A DNA stretch of 64,000 nt from a virus: positions 1 through 64,000 of IMG/VR virus record IMGVR_UViG_3300037234_000386. The stretch is one strand, 5' to 3'. Under the pieces are notes generated by a model, which made no database searches, was not told where the DNA came from, and saw only the letters and a list, made by a program, of their open reading frames with translations. The position numbers were made by a program, and so were the translations under genes. This document shows positions 34,981 to 44,847 of the stretch, piece after piece. How positions within the stretch are numbered: the first letter of the stretch is position 1; every line of letters begins with the position of its first letter.

Positions 34981-35465
34981 AACTAACGATAATAAATCAA
35001 AACACAGATTTTTGGGATGCTGTATCAGATACAGCGGAACCTGTATTATTGAATAGATTTGGGTATACTCTATTTCAACAGATAGCAGATCCTACAGAAT
35101 TTATAAGGGTAGTTCACGCAAATGGATTACCTCAGAAAACTACTATATCTGGGTATACTAACGAAGGAGAAAGATATGCTAATAAAGGATTTAGTAATAG
35201 TGGTAATGAACTATTGAATGAAGATGATGAGGTGTTGAATGATTTATTTGCCGAATATGCAGCATTAAATGGGTTGGCTTATCCAAATAGGATAACACAT
35301 GATTTTCTAAAAGGAATCGACACAGCAGGAATACCAGAAGAATATTTTAGAATAGAAAACGATACAGATTATATTAAAAATATGGCTAGTAATTCGTTAC
35401 CAATAGTTGTATTGCATTTAGGTATAGTGGTAACCCATTTAGGAGAAATTGTAACACATATATAA
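34977..35465 (+). CDS. hypothetical virion-associated protein
   Basis: ATGA coupling. Confidence 0.6.
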   Translation: MKLTIINQNTDFWDAVSDTAEPVLLNRFGYTLFQQIADPTEFIRVVHANGLPQKTTISGYTNEGERYANKGFSNSGNELLNEDDEVLNDLFAEYAALNGLAYPNRITHDFLKGIDTAGIPEEYFRIENDTDYIKNMASNSLPIVVLHLGIVVTHLGEIVTHI

Positions 35466-35483
35466 CCTTTAAACCACAAAATC

Positions 35484-37184
35484 ATGTCAGAATTAAAAGA
35501 TATATTACTTAGCGGAGATATAGAAAGCATATTGCTTAAACTTAGCGATGCACAGCTTTATGGTGTGAATACTTTAGGAGTCAATGTATTTAATATTTAC
35601 TCGGAGGCTGATTTTCCAACACCCGTTGGTGGAGTTAGCACATTAGTAAGTGGTAAATATATTATTAAAAAACCAATTACAATATCTACTATTAACGAAT
35701 TTAAATGTGCTGTAAATTCTATTATAGAATGGACTAGCGAAGACAAAGAAAACCACATTCTTACAAGTAGCCATAGCGACAAAACTCTTTTCAATCTAAT
35801 ATTAGGAAAAAGATTCAAGTGCACACATGCATCTTTCTTGTTAAATGGAGATAATGCTAAATTTATAAATATAACTGGTGCTGGATTTAATTCTAAATTC
35901 AATGATTTTAGAGTTACCTTTACTGGAACAGGAACTACTATTGGTGGAACAACAAATACCTTTGATGGAACAAATGAGTTTCTTGATGGAACAATTGCTG
36001 GATTTAAAGATGGATTAACCATTAATAATACTGGTGGAACTCAGGTTATAGGTGTATTATTTATTTCAGACTTTACCGGTACAGATGCAATATTAAAAGC
36101 AATTAATGTTCCTGCACTAGCCGTAAACTTTAATACAAATGTATTTATTGGAGGAGCATCACAATCGAACTATTACATTGATCCAACGATTACGGTTCCC
36201 ATGCAAGTTCAGGGCAACATCACAGGAGGACCAACATCATTCTTTAAATCGGGAAGCACTGGAATATTTACAGCAGTTGCGGATGCCTCTATAGGAGCTA
36301 CTGCCATAACAAGTGTAACAGATTCGAGTGGGGTAGCTAGATTTCATTTTACAGGACCAACAGTTTATGAAAATCAAGAAGTAGTTGTTTCTGGATTTAT
36401 TACAAACACTGATTACAATGGGGCTTGTATTGTAACAGCTACAGATGGAACAAGTTATTTTGAAATAGCCTGTGCTCCATTTGGAAGTAATGAAACGGGA
36501 AGCTTTTTAAGTAACTCAGTTACATTAACAGAGGTAGGAACGGCATTAACAGAAGGTGAGACTGTTTTATTGGATACTACACTAAGCACAATGTATGACG
36601 GAGGAACTTATGTTTATAACAAACAAACTAATAGCGTTCAGGTAAATAAAACATGGGATTCTACTATTACTGGCACATGGGATTCTGGCTCGTTAACTGA
36701 AGATAGTAAATATGTAAATTCAGTTGGAAACGGAGCTCAGCCAGATAGCTCTAGTAATGCAAGTGTATTTGTTTCAGGTAATGCTGTTACATTTGACACT
36801 ACAGGTTCGGGCACATGGGATCCAATGGATTTAGGCACAGCATTAGAAGGTCAGTCAAATAGTAGATTCAAATTAATTGATCCAGCAACAGGAGAAATGG
36901 AATACACTGGACTAACTCCAATTAATGTAGGATTAGCGGGTTCAATATCTGCGTTAAAGGCGGCTGCTTCTGTTGTGAACCATAAATTTAGAGTAAATAA
37001 AACACAAGGTAGTGAGCCTTTCGATGCTATTGAACCAGAAAGAGGACTGAGTACTGCAGCTGCATCAATTGCATTAGTATCTTCAATACACCTTAATCCT
37101 GGAGATAGGTTTAGACCTGAAATAGCATCTCAAACGTCAGCTACAACTGTAACTATAACAGATTTATCAATAACAACAGGATAA
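35484..37184 (+). CDS. putative fibre/spike protein
   Basis: G/T/S-rich beta-solenoid-like sequence. Confidence 0.6.
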   Translation: MSELKDILLSGDIESILLKLSDAQLYGVNTLGVNVFNIYSEADFPTPVGGVSTLVSGKYIIKKPITISTINEFKCAVNSIIEWTSEDKENHILTSSHSDKTLFNLILGKRFKCTHASFLLNGDNAKFINITGAGFNSKFNDFRVTFTGTGTTIGGTTNTFDGTNEFLDGTIAGFKDGLTINNTGGTQVIGVLFISDFTGTDAILKAINVPALAVNFNTNVFIGGASQSNYYIDPTITVPMQVQGNITGGPTSFFKSGSTGIFTAVADASIGATAITSVTDSSGVARFHFTGPTVYENQEVVVSGFITNTDYNGACIVTATDGTSYFEIACAPFGSNETGSFLSNSVTLTEVGTALTEGETVLLDTTLSTMYDGGTYVYNKQTNSVQVNKTWDSTITGTWDSGSLTEDSKYVNSVGNGAQPDSSSNASVFVSGNAVTFDTTGSGTWDPMDLGTALEGQSNSRFKLIDPATGEMEYTGLTPINVGLAGSISALKAAASVVNHKFRVNKTQGSEPFDAIEPERGLSTAAASIALVSSIHLNPGDRFRPEIASQTSATTVTITDLSITTG

Positions 37185-37244
37185 TACAAAAGTTTAGTAC
37201 CTTTAGAAAATAATTAAATTTTATATAAACAAATACATTTTATC

Positions 37245-37757
37245 ATGGAAGATTTTAAATTCATAACCGAAGTGAAGGTTACTGTAATACCAGTAACGCC
37301 CAAGACAGGGATAGAGCAAAGAGGGCCTTATGAAAGAAACAAATCCATTGTTGTAGAAAAAGGTGTTTCTACCTATTACGGAGACAAGGGAGATGTGGCT
37401 ACATTGGCTGCTAACGCTTTAAAAACGATAACAAGACAGTGGGGACTTTTAGCCTCAGAACCAGCAACAGGTTACGTAACGGCAGCAACTCCAGTAGCTG
37501 ATGTCACCGCAACACTAAATGGTAAGGCTCACGATCATGGAACAAGTACAGTTGTTACATTTGAATATGGAACCACTATGGCACTTGGAACAAGTACAGC
37601 AGCAGCAGAAAGTCCATTGACAGGAGATGCATTACAAGCGGTTTCTCTTGACATATCTAGCTTAACGGCAGAAACTCAGTATTATTTTAGATTAAAAATG
37701 GTTTCTGGTGGTATAACTGTTTATACTACAGTAGGAACATTCGTAACAAGCGCATAA
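37245..37757 (+). CDS. FN3-like domain virion protein
   Basis: ATLNG...FEYGT...ISSLTAETQYYFRL. Confidence 0.75.
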   Translation: MEDFKFITEVKVTVIPVTPKTGIEQRGPYERNKSIVVEKGVSTYYGDKGDVATLAANALKTITRQWGLLASEPATGYVTAATPVADVTATLNGKAHDHGTSTVVTFEYGTTMALGTSTAAAESPLTGDALQAVSLDISSLTAETQYYFRLKMVSGGITVYTTVGTFVTSA

Positions 37758-37761
37758 TATT

Positions 37762-38076
37762 ATGATTAGAAAAGCAATCAATTTAGTTCGGCAACTATTG
37801 GCTTTCCTCAAAAAATGGCTTTATCCTAAAAAAGAACTTCTAAAAGCCACGGATGTACTTGACCAATTTTCATGCTTCAAATATAATGGACAGTGGATAA
37901 ACATGCACGCCTCAGAATTGCCTGAGTGGAAAGCTTCCGATAGAAAAAAACGCAGAAAGACAGCAATGCGATTTAAGCAGATGCAAAAAAAAGGAAAAAT
38001 AAGATTTGAAAAAATTAACGGCAAAATGAGCTGTATAAAAAATAAAGACTATGGGAATACCGAGAGTAGGGAATAA
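37762..38076 (+). CDS. basic hypothetical protein
   Basis: Operon ORF. Confidence 0.6.
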   Translation: MIRKAINLVRQLLAFLKKWLYPKKELLKATDVLDQFSCFKYNGQWINMHASELPEWKASDRKKRRKTAMRFKQMQKKGKIRFEKINGKMSCIKNKDYGNTESRE

Positions 38077-38749
38077 AGTAATAGTAGAACTTGATCCAGA
38101 AAATTCGCTTATCGAAACTAAGTCTGGATTTAAACTTCAAATAGACACCTCATACGAACCCGAAAAACATGTTGTAAGAATGGGAACGGTAAAAGAGGTT
38201 CCAGAAAAAATTCTGTTTTCCAAAAGCGATAGGAATATAATGCCATGGGACACCGACATGGAGCTTAAAGTGGGTGACAGGGTGATAATGTACTATTTAG
38301 CAGTGATAAACTGCATATCGCCAGAAAAACGCTGGTTTTACGTAGAAAATGGAAAGATAATAATCTTCATTACATACAACAACATATATGCAGCAATCAG
38401 GGATGGTGAAATTATTCCTATAAATGGATATGTCCTTGTAGAACCAATGGAAGATCCTGAGTGGGTTAGTATGCAAGAAAGAATAAAGCAGGGTGGATTA
38501 CTTGTTCCTGACATGCGAAAGCTTAGTAATAAAAACGTAGTTTACGGAAAGATAGCTTATTTAGCATCTCCAATAAGGACTTATTATGACGAACACAAAT
38601 CCGATGAAAATATTAATGTAAAAGTTGGAGATGAAATCGTCATGAAAAAAGTGAGAGATATTCCAATGGAGTATGAGTACCACACAAAGGTAGATGGAGG
38701 AAGAAAACTTTACCGCTGCCAGAGGCATGACATTATTGGAACCCTTTGA
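38051..38749 (+). CDS. tandem GroES-like domain protein
   Basis: Two repeats: ETKSG...GTV...ELKVGDRV and PINGYVLVEP...YGKIAY...VKVGDEI. Confidence 0.75.
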   Translation: MGIPRVGNKVIVELDPENSLIETKSGFKLQIDTSYEPEKHVVRMGTVKEVPEKILFSKSDRNIMPWDTDMELKVGDRVIMYYLAVINCISPEKRWFYVENGKIIIFITYNNIYAAIRDGEIIPINGYVLVEPMEDPEWVSMQERIKQGGLLVPDMRKLSNKNVVYGKIAYLASPIRTYYDEHKSDENINVKVGDEIVMKKVRDIPMEYEYHTKVDGGRKLYRCQRHDIIGTL

Positions 38750-38769
38750 TATATTTAAAGTTAATTTTG

Positions 38770-38777
38770 TACATTTG
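38770..38777 (+). promoter_or_regulatory. Bacteroidota -7 box upstream of HNH gene
   Basis: TACATTTG. Confidence 0.5.
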
Positions 38778-38868
38778 TAATGTAGTCAAGACTTAGCGGT
38801 TTTGTTCAATGAGGTTCACGTTCCTACTACATTATTTATAACAACGTGAATAAAAAAAACGTAAAATC

Positions 38869-39603
38869 ATGCAAGCAGAAGAAATTTGGAAAGACATACC
38901 TGAATACGAGGGATTATATCAGGTTAGTAACTTGGGTAGAGTAAAGAGCTTAGAAAGAACTGTAATAAAGTTTGGAAAAACAAAGCAGATTATTAAAGAC
39001 CGCATTTTAAAAGAAGGCTACAATCCCAAAAGATATTACAATGTAACCCTTTGTAAAAAAGGGACAAAGAAATCGTTCCTTATACACCTATTAGTAGCTA
39101 GAACCTTTAAAAATCACATACCAAACGGTTATAAATTAGTTGTAGACCATAAGGATTTTGACAAGCTTAATAATAGAGAAGATAATCTTAGGATTATAAC
39201 ACAAAGAGAAAATGCTAATCGAAAACATCTAAAAAGCAGTTCGAAATATACGGGAGTAGGGTGGAATAAAAAAATGAAGAAGTGGATGGCTAGAATAGCC
39301 TTAGATGGCAAAGATATATATTTAGGATCTTTTATTGATGAACACAAGGCTCACTTGGCTTACGAAGAAGCTCTATTATTGATAAATCAAAATAAAAGTA
39401 TTCAGCCAGTGATTAATAAATATAAACATAAGTTTATTTCAGAATACAAAGGAGTAACGTGGCTTAAATTAAAACAAAGATGGATATCTCGAATATATAT
39501 AAATAATAAAGTAAAGCATTTGGGAAGCTTTAAAAATGAAATAGATGCCCATTTAGCATATCAAACAGCACTTAAACAAAAAGAATATGAACTGGCAATT
39601 TAG
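38869..39603 (+). CDS. NUMOD4-HNH homing endonuclease with two AP2-like domains
   Basis: EIWKDIPEYEGLYQVSNLGRVKS, IHLLVA..F, VDHKD.DKLNN...NL, SKYTGV and SEYKGV repeats. Confidence 0.92.
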   Translation: MQAEEIWKDIPEYEGLYQVSNLGRVKSLERTVIKFGKTKQIIKDRILKEGYNPKRYYNVTLCKKGTKKSFLIHLLVARTFKNHIPNGYKLVVDHKDFDKLNNREDNLRIITQRENANRKHLKSSSKYTGVGWNKKMKKWMARIALDGKDIYLGSFIDEHKAHLAYEEALLLINQNKSIQPVINKYKHKFISEYKGVTWLKLKQRWISRIYINNKVKHLGSFKNEIDAHLAYQTALKQKEYELAI

Positions 39604-40225
39604 CAACATGGAGTTCCGAAAAATGTTATTTAATCCTACAAAAGTTGTAGAAGGGAAATCTGTATTAAAAATATTTCCTGAACTTTCTAAGCATAAAATA
39701 TTCAGAACATCGCCCGGTCCAGAAATAGATAATAATTTAGTTTTATTATTTATAATGTGCATATATGACAAGGGCACTCCATATCGAGGAAAGTATTCAG
39801 ACGTTTTAAAAAGAAAGGCTGAAGTAGCTAATGATGTAGGATTTAAGCATGATGAAGAAGGTAATTTTGAAACACCAATAGAAGACATGCTTAAAGGCAA
39901 TAATGAAGTTGTGAACAGAAAGATTGTTGAATATGTAAGAATACATCGAAACATCAAGTACACATATTTTGTAGCAATGGAACAAGCTTATTATGATTTA
40001 ATGCTTGAAAGCTTATCTGATCCAAAGGCAAAAAGCATGGAGAAGTTTAAAGAAATGCAGATAGAGTTGGAGGATACCATGAGTGATCTTCTTAATGATG
40101 ATGAAAATCCATATTTAAAAGATAGAGTGCTTCGTTACATTGCAGAAGTTAGACTAGGACTTCGCCCTGAAGATATTGCTAAAAAAATTAAAAATGGTGA
40201 AACGCCTGTGAAACTAATAAAATAA
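39587..40225 (+). CDS. hypothetical protein, candidate terminase small subunit
   Basis: Position directly before terminase; helical. Confidence 0.45.
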   Translation: MNWQFSNMEFRKMLFNPTKVVEGKSVLKIFPELSKHKIFRTSPGPEIDNNLVLLFIMCIYDKGTPYRGKYSDVLKRKAEVANDVGFKHDEEGNFETPIEDMLKGNNEVVNRKIVEYVRIHRNIKYTYFVAMEQAYYDLMLESLSDPKAKSMEKFKEMQIELEDTMSDLLNDDENPYLKDRVLRYIAEVRLGLRPEDIAKKIKNGETPVKLIK

Positions 40226-40230
40226 AATCC

Positions 40231-42483
40231 GTGAGCAGCCTATCCTTAATAAAAAACTATAGTGATACTGTAGATCCAAGAATACTGATGCAGTACAAAA
40301 GTGCGGATAGATTTCTATTTGTAAATACTGACGATAAAGATCTTGAGCCAATAAGGATAGACTTACCAAGTCCTCCGGAATACCATGAAATAGATGGATT
40401 TGGATTACCTGCAAAAGATCAAATATTCACCCCTCCCAAAGTACCAAGAAGATTAAAGGAGCTCCAAAAAAAGCTTAATACAATTGATGAAATTTGGGAA
40501 GTATTAGAAAACAACCAAGATATTTATGAAGACGAAATTAAATTCATAAACGATGCATGGTTCCATCGATTATATGGATATTGGTTTTTCAACAACGGAA
40601 AGCCAACATATATTGATGGATGGCATTATTTCTTTTGTTCGTGGTGGTCTATTGACGTAGGGCTTCCAGAATACAGATCTAGAGATAGAAAGTTTTTCTT
40701 GTTCGCAAGAATGACCTATAACGAAACCCATACATTTAAAGATATAGATAAAAAAGGGAATGCTATTATTTCAGAAGAAACAGGTTATTATGATTTCCTA
40801 GATACTGGAAGCAGAGTGCTATATGGATTTAACTACCCTAAGCACAGGCGCGAAGGAGCCACGTATAAAGCACAATGTATTGGTTATGAAATTCTTAGCA
40901 GAACAGAAAATGCTAGTGGTGGTATTCAAAGCCAGAATGATAATCAAGCTAAGGATTGTTTTCTAAAACACCTTATAGCACCATGGAAGAAACTACCATT
41001 TTTCTTCAAACCAACTTACGAAGGCTCTACATCTCCAAAAACAGAATTATCATTTTCACCACCAGCAAAAAGACTTTCTTCAAAAGGATCACTAGCTAAA
41101 TCAGAAGAAGGTTTAGGATCAAAAATAGATTTTACAAATGCAGAAGCAGGAGCTTATGATGGTTGGAAAATGTACTACCATCATGATGATGAAGTAGGAA
41201 AATTAAAAGGAGGAATATCGTGTTGGGCAAGACATTTAGTTGTAAAAGAATGTCTACAACAAGGTGCAGGTAAAAACATAATCGGATTCACCATAAAAAC
41301 ATCTACAGTAGGAGAGATGGAAAGAGGAGGTGGTAAGGCTTTTCAAACTCAATGTGAATTAAGTGATTATTTTATAAGAACACCCAATGGTCAAACGGTA
41401 TCAGGATTAGCTACACTGTTCATTCCTGCATATGATGGACTAGAGGGATTTATAGATAGATATGGCAATTCTGTAATCGACACACCGACAAAAGAACAAT
41501 CGGCATACATAAACTCAAAGATTGGAGCAAAAGAACACCTATTAAACAACAGAAAAGGATTTATTGACTCTGCAAACTACGAGGGACTATCTGAAGAAAC
41601 GAGAAAATATCCAATGAGCTTTACCGAGTGTTTTAGAACATCGGCAAAAGACTCTGGATTTAACATGCAAAAATTAGAAACATATATTGACGAGCTTAGG
41701 TTTAATCGAAGTTCAGCACCAGTTGAAGGTGATTTTAGATGGATAAATAACGCAAAAGACACGAAGGTTGAGTTTATTGCACGAAAGGGAGGTAAATTCA
41801 AAGTATCACACCAACTAAACGAAGGTGAAAGTAACAGAAAGTTTTGGGATGAAGAAACTTTCTCTTGGAAACCGGGAAACACCAGTTGGGGAGTAGCAGG
41901 AGCAGACCCGTTCAAGTTTAACAAAACCGCAGGAAACAGGAAGTCAAAAGGAGGTGGATCTGTTGTTAGGAAAGGTAAGATGAAGGATGGTGATTTTTCT
42001 ATGAAAAGAAAATTTGTTTGCACCTATTCTCATAGAACATACGACAAAGCTTTATATGCTGAGGATATGTTAATGATGAGTGTTTATTATGGAGTACAAA
42101 TGTTTCCTGAAATAAACGTTGATTTAATATGGGATTATTTTGAGCAAAGAGGATATTCAGCATTTTTACTTTACAGAGTAGACCCGAAAACTTTTCAACA
42201 AAACAAAACTCCAGGTGCAAACACCAACGAAAAACTTAAACAAGACATATTTACAGAGTTCATGGGATTCATAGAATCAGAAGCCGATGAAGAGAATCAT
42301 ATTGAGCTATTAGAGGAATGCAGGGATATTGCAGGGATTGAAGAAATGACAAATTACGACCTTTTTACAGCAGCAGGATATGCTTTATTAGGTACAGCGG
42401 GAATATACAATGAGATAGAAGAATTGGACAAACAGGAGATTGATTTGGGAGCTTTCTACAAAAAAAGAACTTATAAAAGATAA
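40231..42483 (+). CDS. terL: terminase large subunit
   Basis: KHRREGAT Walker A variant as in crAss-like terminases, HDDEVGK Walker B, TSTV, GADP nuclease motif. Confidence 0.88.
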   Translation: MSSLSLIKNYSDTVDPRILMQYKSADRFLFVNTDDKDLEPIRIDLPSPPEYHEIDGFGLPAKDQIFTPPKVPRRLKELQKKLNTIDEIWEVLENNQDIYEDEIKFINDAWFHRLYGYWFFNNGKPTYIDGWHYFFCSWWSIDVGLPEYRSRDRKFFLFARMTYNETHTFKDIDKKGNAIISEETGYYDFLDTGSRVLYGFNYPKHRREGATYKAQCIGYEILSRTENASGGIQSQNDNQAKDCFLKHLIAPWKKLPFFFKPTYEGSTSPKTELSFSPPAKRLSSKGSLAKSEEGLGSKIDFTNAEAGAYDGWKMYYHHDDEVGKLKGGISCWARHLVVKECLQQGAGKNIIGFTIKTSTVGEMERGGGKAFQTQCELSDYFIRTPNGQTVSGLATLFIPAYDGLEGFIDRYGNSVIDTPTKEQSAYINSKIGAKEHLLNNRKGFIDSANYEGLSEETRKYPMSFTECFRTSAKDSGFNMQKLETYIDELRFNRSSAPVEGDFRWINNAKDTKVEFIARKGGKFKVSHQLNEGESNRKFWDEETFSWKPGNTSWGVAGADPFKFNKTAGNRKSKGGGSVVRKGKMKDGDFSMKRKFVCTYSHRTYDKALYAEDMLMMSVYYGVQMFPEINVDLIWDYFEQRGYSAFLLYRVDPKTFQQNKTPGANTNEKLKQDIFTEFMGFIESEADEENHIELLEECRDIAGIEEMTNYDLFTAAGYALLGTAGIYNEIEELDKQEIDLGAFYKKRTYKR

Positions 42484-42514
42484 TTTTTATTTAACTTAGT
42501 AAAAAAAATAGGAA

Positions 42515-44845
42515 ATGAGTTTGTCGTTAATTACAACAGGGGGTTATCAGAAAGGAGCATATGCATTTCCGGAAAATGAGATTCCTACAAACGAAAAGAA
42601 TGGAGAATGGTGCCGACAATGGTGTGAAGCTATTTATGCCACATGGGTTTCTGATCGTGCGGGACTACTTTATTCTACAAACGAACAATTTCAAGAACTA
42701 AGAAGATATGGTGCGGGAAAACAGAGCATCCATAAATATCAAGACATACTACTTGATGAATCCGAAGAAAATGATGGAGAGATAAAAGGTTATTTAAACA
42801 TTAACTGGGAAATATTCTCTATAATGCCAAAATTCAAACACGTTATCCGTGGAATATTTGAAGACCAAGACCACTCCATAATCGCAACAGCCGTTGATCC
42901 ATCAAGCATAGAAGATAAAGAAACCGCAAAACTAAAAAAATGGTTTAATGCAAAATACAAACCCGTTTTAGATCAGGTTAGATCAATGACAGGAGAGCGA
43001 CCACAACCAGAATGGTTGCCAGAAACAGCCGACGAATTAGAATACTACCAATCAATAGGTGGATTCAAAATGGCTAAGGAAACGGAGATTGAAGAAGCAT
43101 TGCAATATACTTTCTATCTAAGCGATTGGAAAGAAACAAAAAGAAAAATAATTGATGATTTCGCAGATATAAATTGTGCTGCAGTAAAAGATTTTACCGA
43201 CACTTATACAAAAAAAGCAAAAATAAGATATGTTGATCCTGCCAGATTTATAATTCAATATTCTAAACATTGGGATCATAGAAACTCAGAATACGCAGGA
43301 GAACTTATTCAAGAATCGATTTCCAACATACGTAAAAACACTGATTTATCAGAAGATCAATTACGTGATTTAGCCCATTTATACAACGGTAGATATGCAA
43401 ATGGAACATTAGATTCTTGGTCAGGAGATGATTTAGGAAACCTCGATGGTAATGGATGGCGTTATGATGATTTTATGATTGACGTAATGGATGCAGAATG
43501 GTTCACCATCAATCAAAAGAATTTTACCACAAGGATAAACGAACGAGGAGAGACACGTAGGTATGAAGAGGAGTCTGGTAAAATTCACAATAGCAAAAAG
43601 AAAAAAACAGAAACCACTAAATACAAGACAGTATATAGGGGTAAATGGATTATAGGTACTGAATATATTTATGATTATGGGTTACAGTATGATATTCCTC
43701 GCCCAGGAAAAAAAGAAGTAGAATTGTCATATAAATTTTACAAATTACCAGGCAGATCATTAGTAGACTTATGTGTTCCTAATTTAGATGCAATGCAATT
43801 AACATGGTTAAAACTTCAAAATGCGATTGCAATGTCCTCAAACTCTGGTATAGCGGTAGAATTTACATCTCTTTCAAATATGTCTCTTGCTGGTAAAAAA
43901 TTAGATCCAATGGAGATTCTTTCTATAAGAAGAGATACTGGTGATTTAATTTATAAGACCACTACTCATAAGGGAGTTCCGAACGTTCCGGGAGGACGTA
44001 ATCCAATACAACAACTAGTTGGAGGTATTGGACCGCAGTTAGGAGAATTTGTAACATTATTTGAATTAAACCTTAATTTTATAAGAGAATTTACAGGGAT
44101 AAACGAAATAGTTAGTGCAAGCAACCCTAATCCAGAACAAAGCGTGGGAGGATCCGAAATAGCAGTGGCAGCATCTAACAATGCGTTAAAGCCTCTTTAT
44201 TCAGGATACCTTAGATTAAAAGAATTATCGGCAAGAAGCGCAGCTCTTAGAATACAATTATTACTTCGTCACGATAAGGAAGCGTACAATGGATATATTC
44301 CTGTAGTTGGTGGAGTTGGTGTAAAAGTGCTTGCAACAAGTACCGATGTTCTTGATGTAGATTATAGCATAATGATTCAAGCCAGACCTACTAAACAAAG
44401 AGTACAGGCTATAATGCAAGCCGCTACAATTGCCATGCAGCCAGATAAAGATGGTAATAGTGGTATTGAATTAAAAGACTTCTTGAAGATTGAACAAATG
44501 TTAGAGAATGGTAATGAGAAAATGGCTGAGACTTATCTTAACCATGAATCTAAGAAAAACAAGAAACGCCAGCTACAGGTTCAGCAAGAAAACATGCAAT
44601 TAAACAGTAAAAACGAGCAACAAACCGCAGCTGTTAAAGCCAAGTTAGAACAAGAGGGAAAAACTTTTGTATCGAAACTTAAAATACAAGAAGAAACGGC
44701 AAAAGCAGATTTAGAAGATCGCAATGCAGCCAGAGAGTTTGAAAGGGAAAAAGAACTTGAAGGAATGAGACTCGTTTATGAAAAACAACAGTCATTGAGA
44801 CAAGAAAATAATTCACAAGAAAAGCAAACTTTAAAAACGGCATAA
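42515..44845 (+). CDS. portal protein
   Basis: 776 aa directly after terL, coiled-coil C-terminus, IREFTGINE; crAss-like synteny. Confidence 0.8.
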   Translation: MSLSLITTGGYQKGAYAFPENEIPTNEKNGEWCRQWCEAIYATWVSDRAGLLYSTNEQFQELRRYGAGKQSIHKYQDILLDESEENDGEIKGYLNINWEIFSIMPKFKHVIRGIFEDQDHSIIATAVDPSSIEDKETAKLKKWFNAKYKPVLDQVRSMTGERPQPEWLPETADELEYYQSIGGFKMAKETEIEEALQYTFYLSDWKETKRKIIDDFADINCAAVKDFTDTYTKKAKIRYVDPARFIIQYSKHWDHRNSEYAGELIQESISNIRKNTDLSEDQLRDLAHLYNGRYANGTLDSWSGDDLGNLDGNGWRYDDFMIDVMDAEWFTINQKNFTTRINERGETRRYEEESGKIHNSKKKKTETTKYKTVYRGKWIIGTEYIYDYGLQYDIPRPGKKEVELSYKFYKLPGRSLVDLCVPNLDAMQLTWLKLQNAIAMSSNSGIAVEFTSLSNMSLAGKKLDPMEILSIRRDTGDLIYKTTTHKGVPNVPGGRNPIQQLVGGIGPQLGEFVTLFELNLNFIREFTGINEIVSASNPNPEQSVGGSEIAVAASNNALKPLYSGYLRLKELSARSAALRIQLLLRHDKEAYNGYIPVVGGVGVKVLATSTDVLDVDYSIMIQARPTKQRVQAIMQAATIAMQPDKDGNSGIELKDFLKIEQMLENGNEKMAETYLNHESKKNKKRQLQVQQENMQLNSKNEQQTAAVKAKLEQEGKTFVSKLKIQEETAKADLEDRNAAREFEREKELEGMRLVYEKQQSLRQENNSQEKQTLKTA

Positions 44846-44847
44846 TC

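Noticed and set aside
38869-39603. Group I intron or intein hosting the HNH genes (also 14397-15083)
   Set aside because: Both are free-standing between apparently complete genes; terL, helicase and MCP show no obvious interruption.
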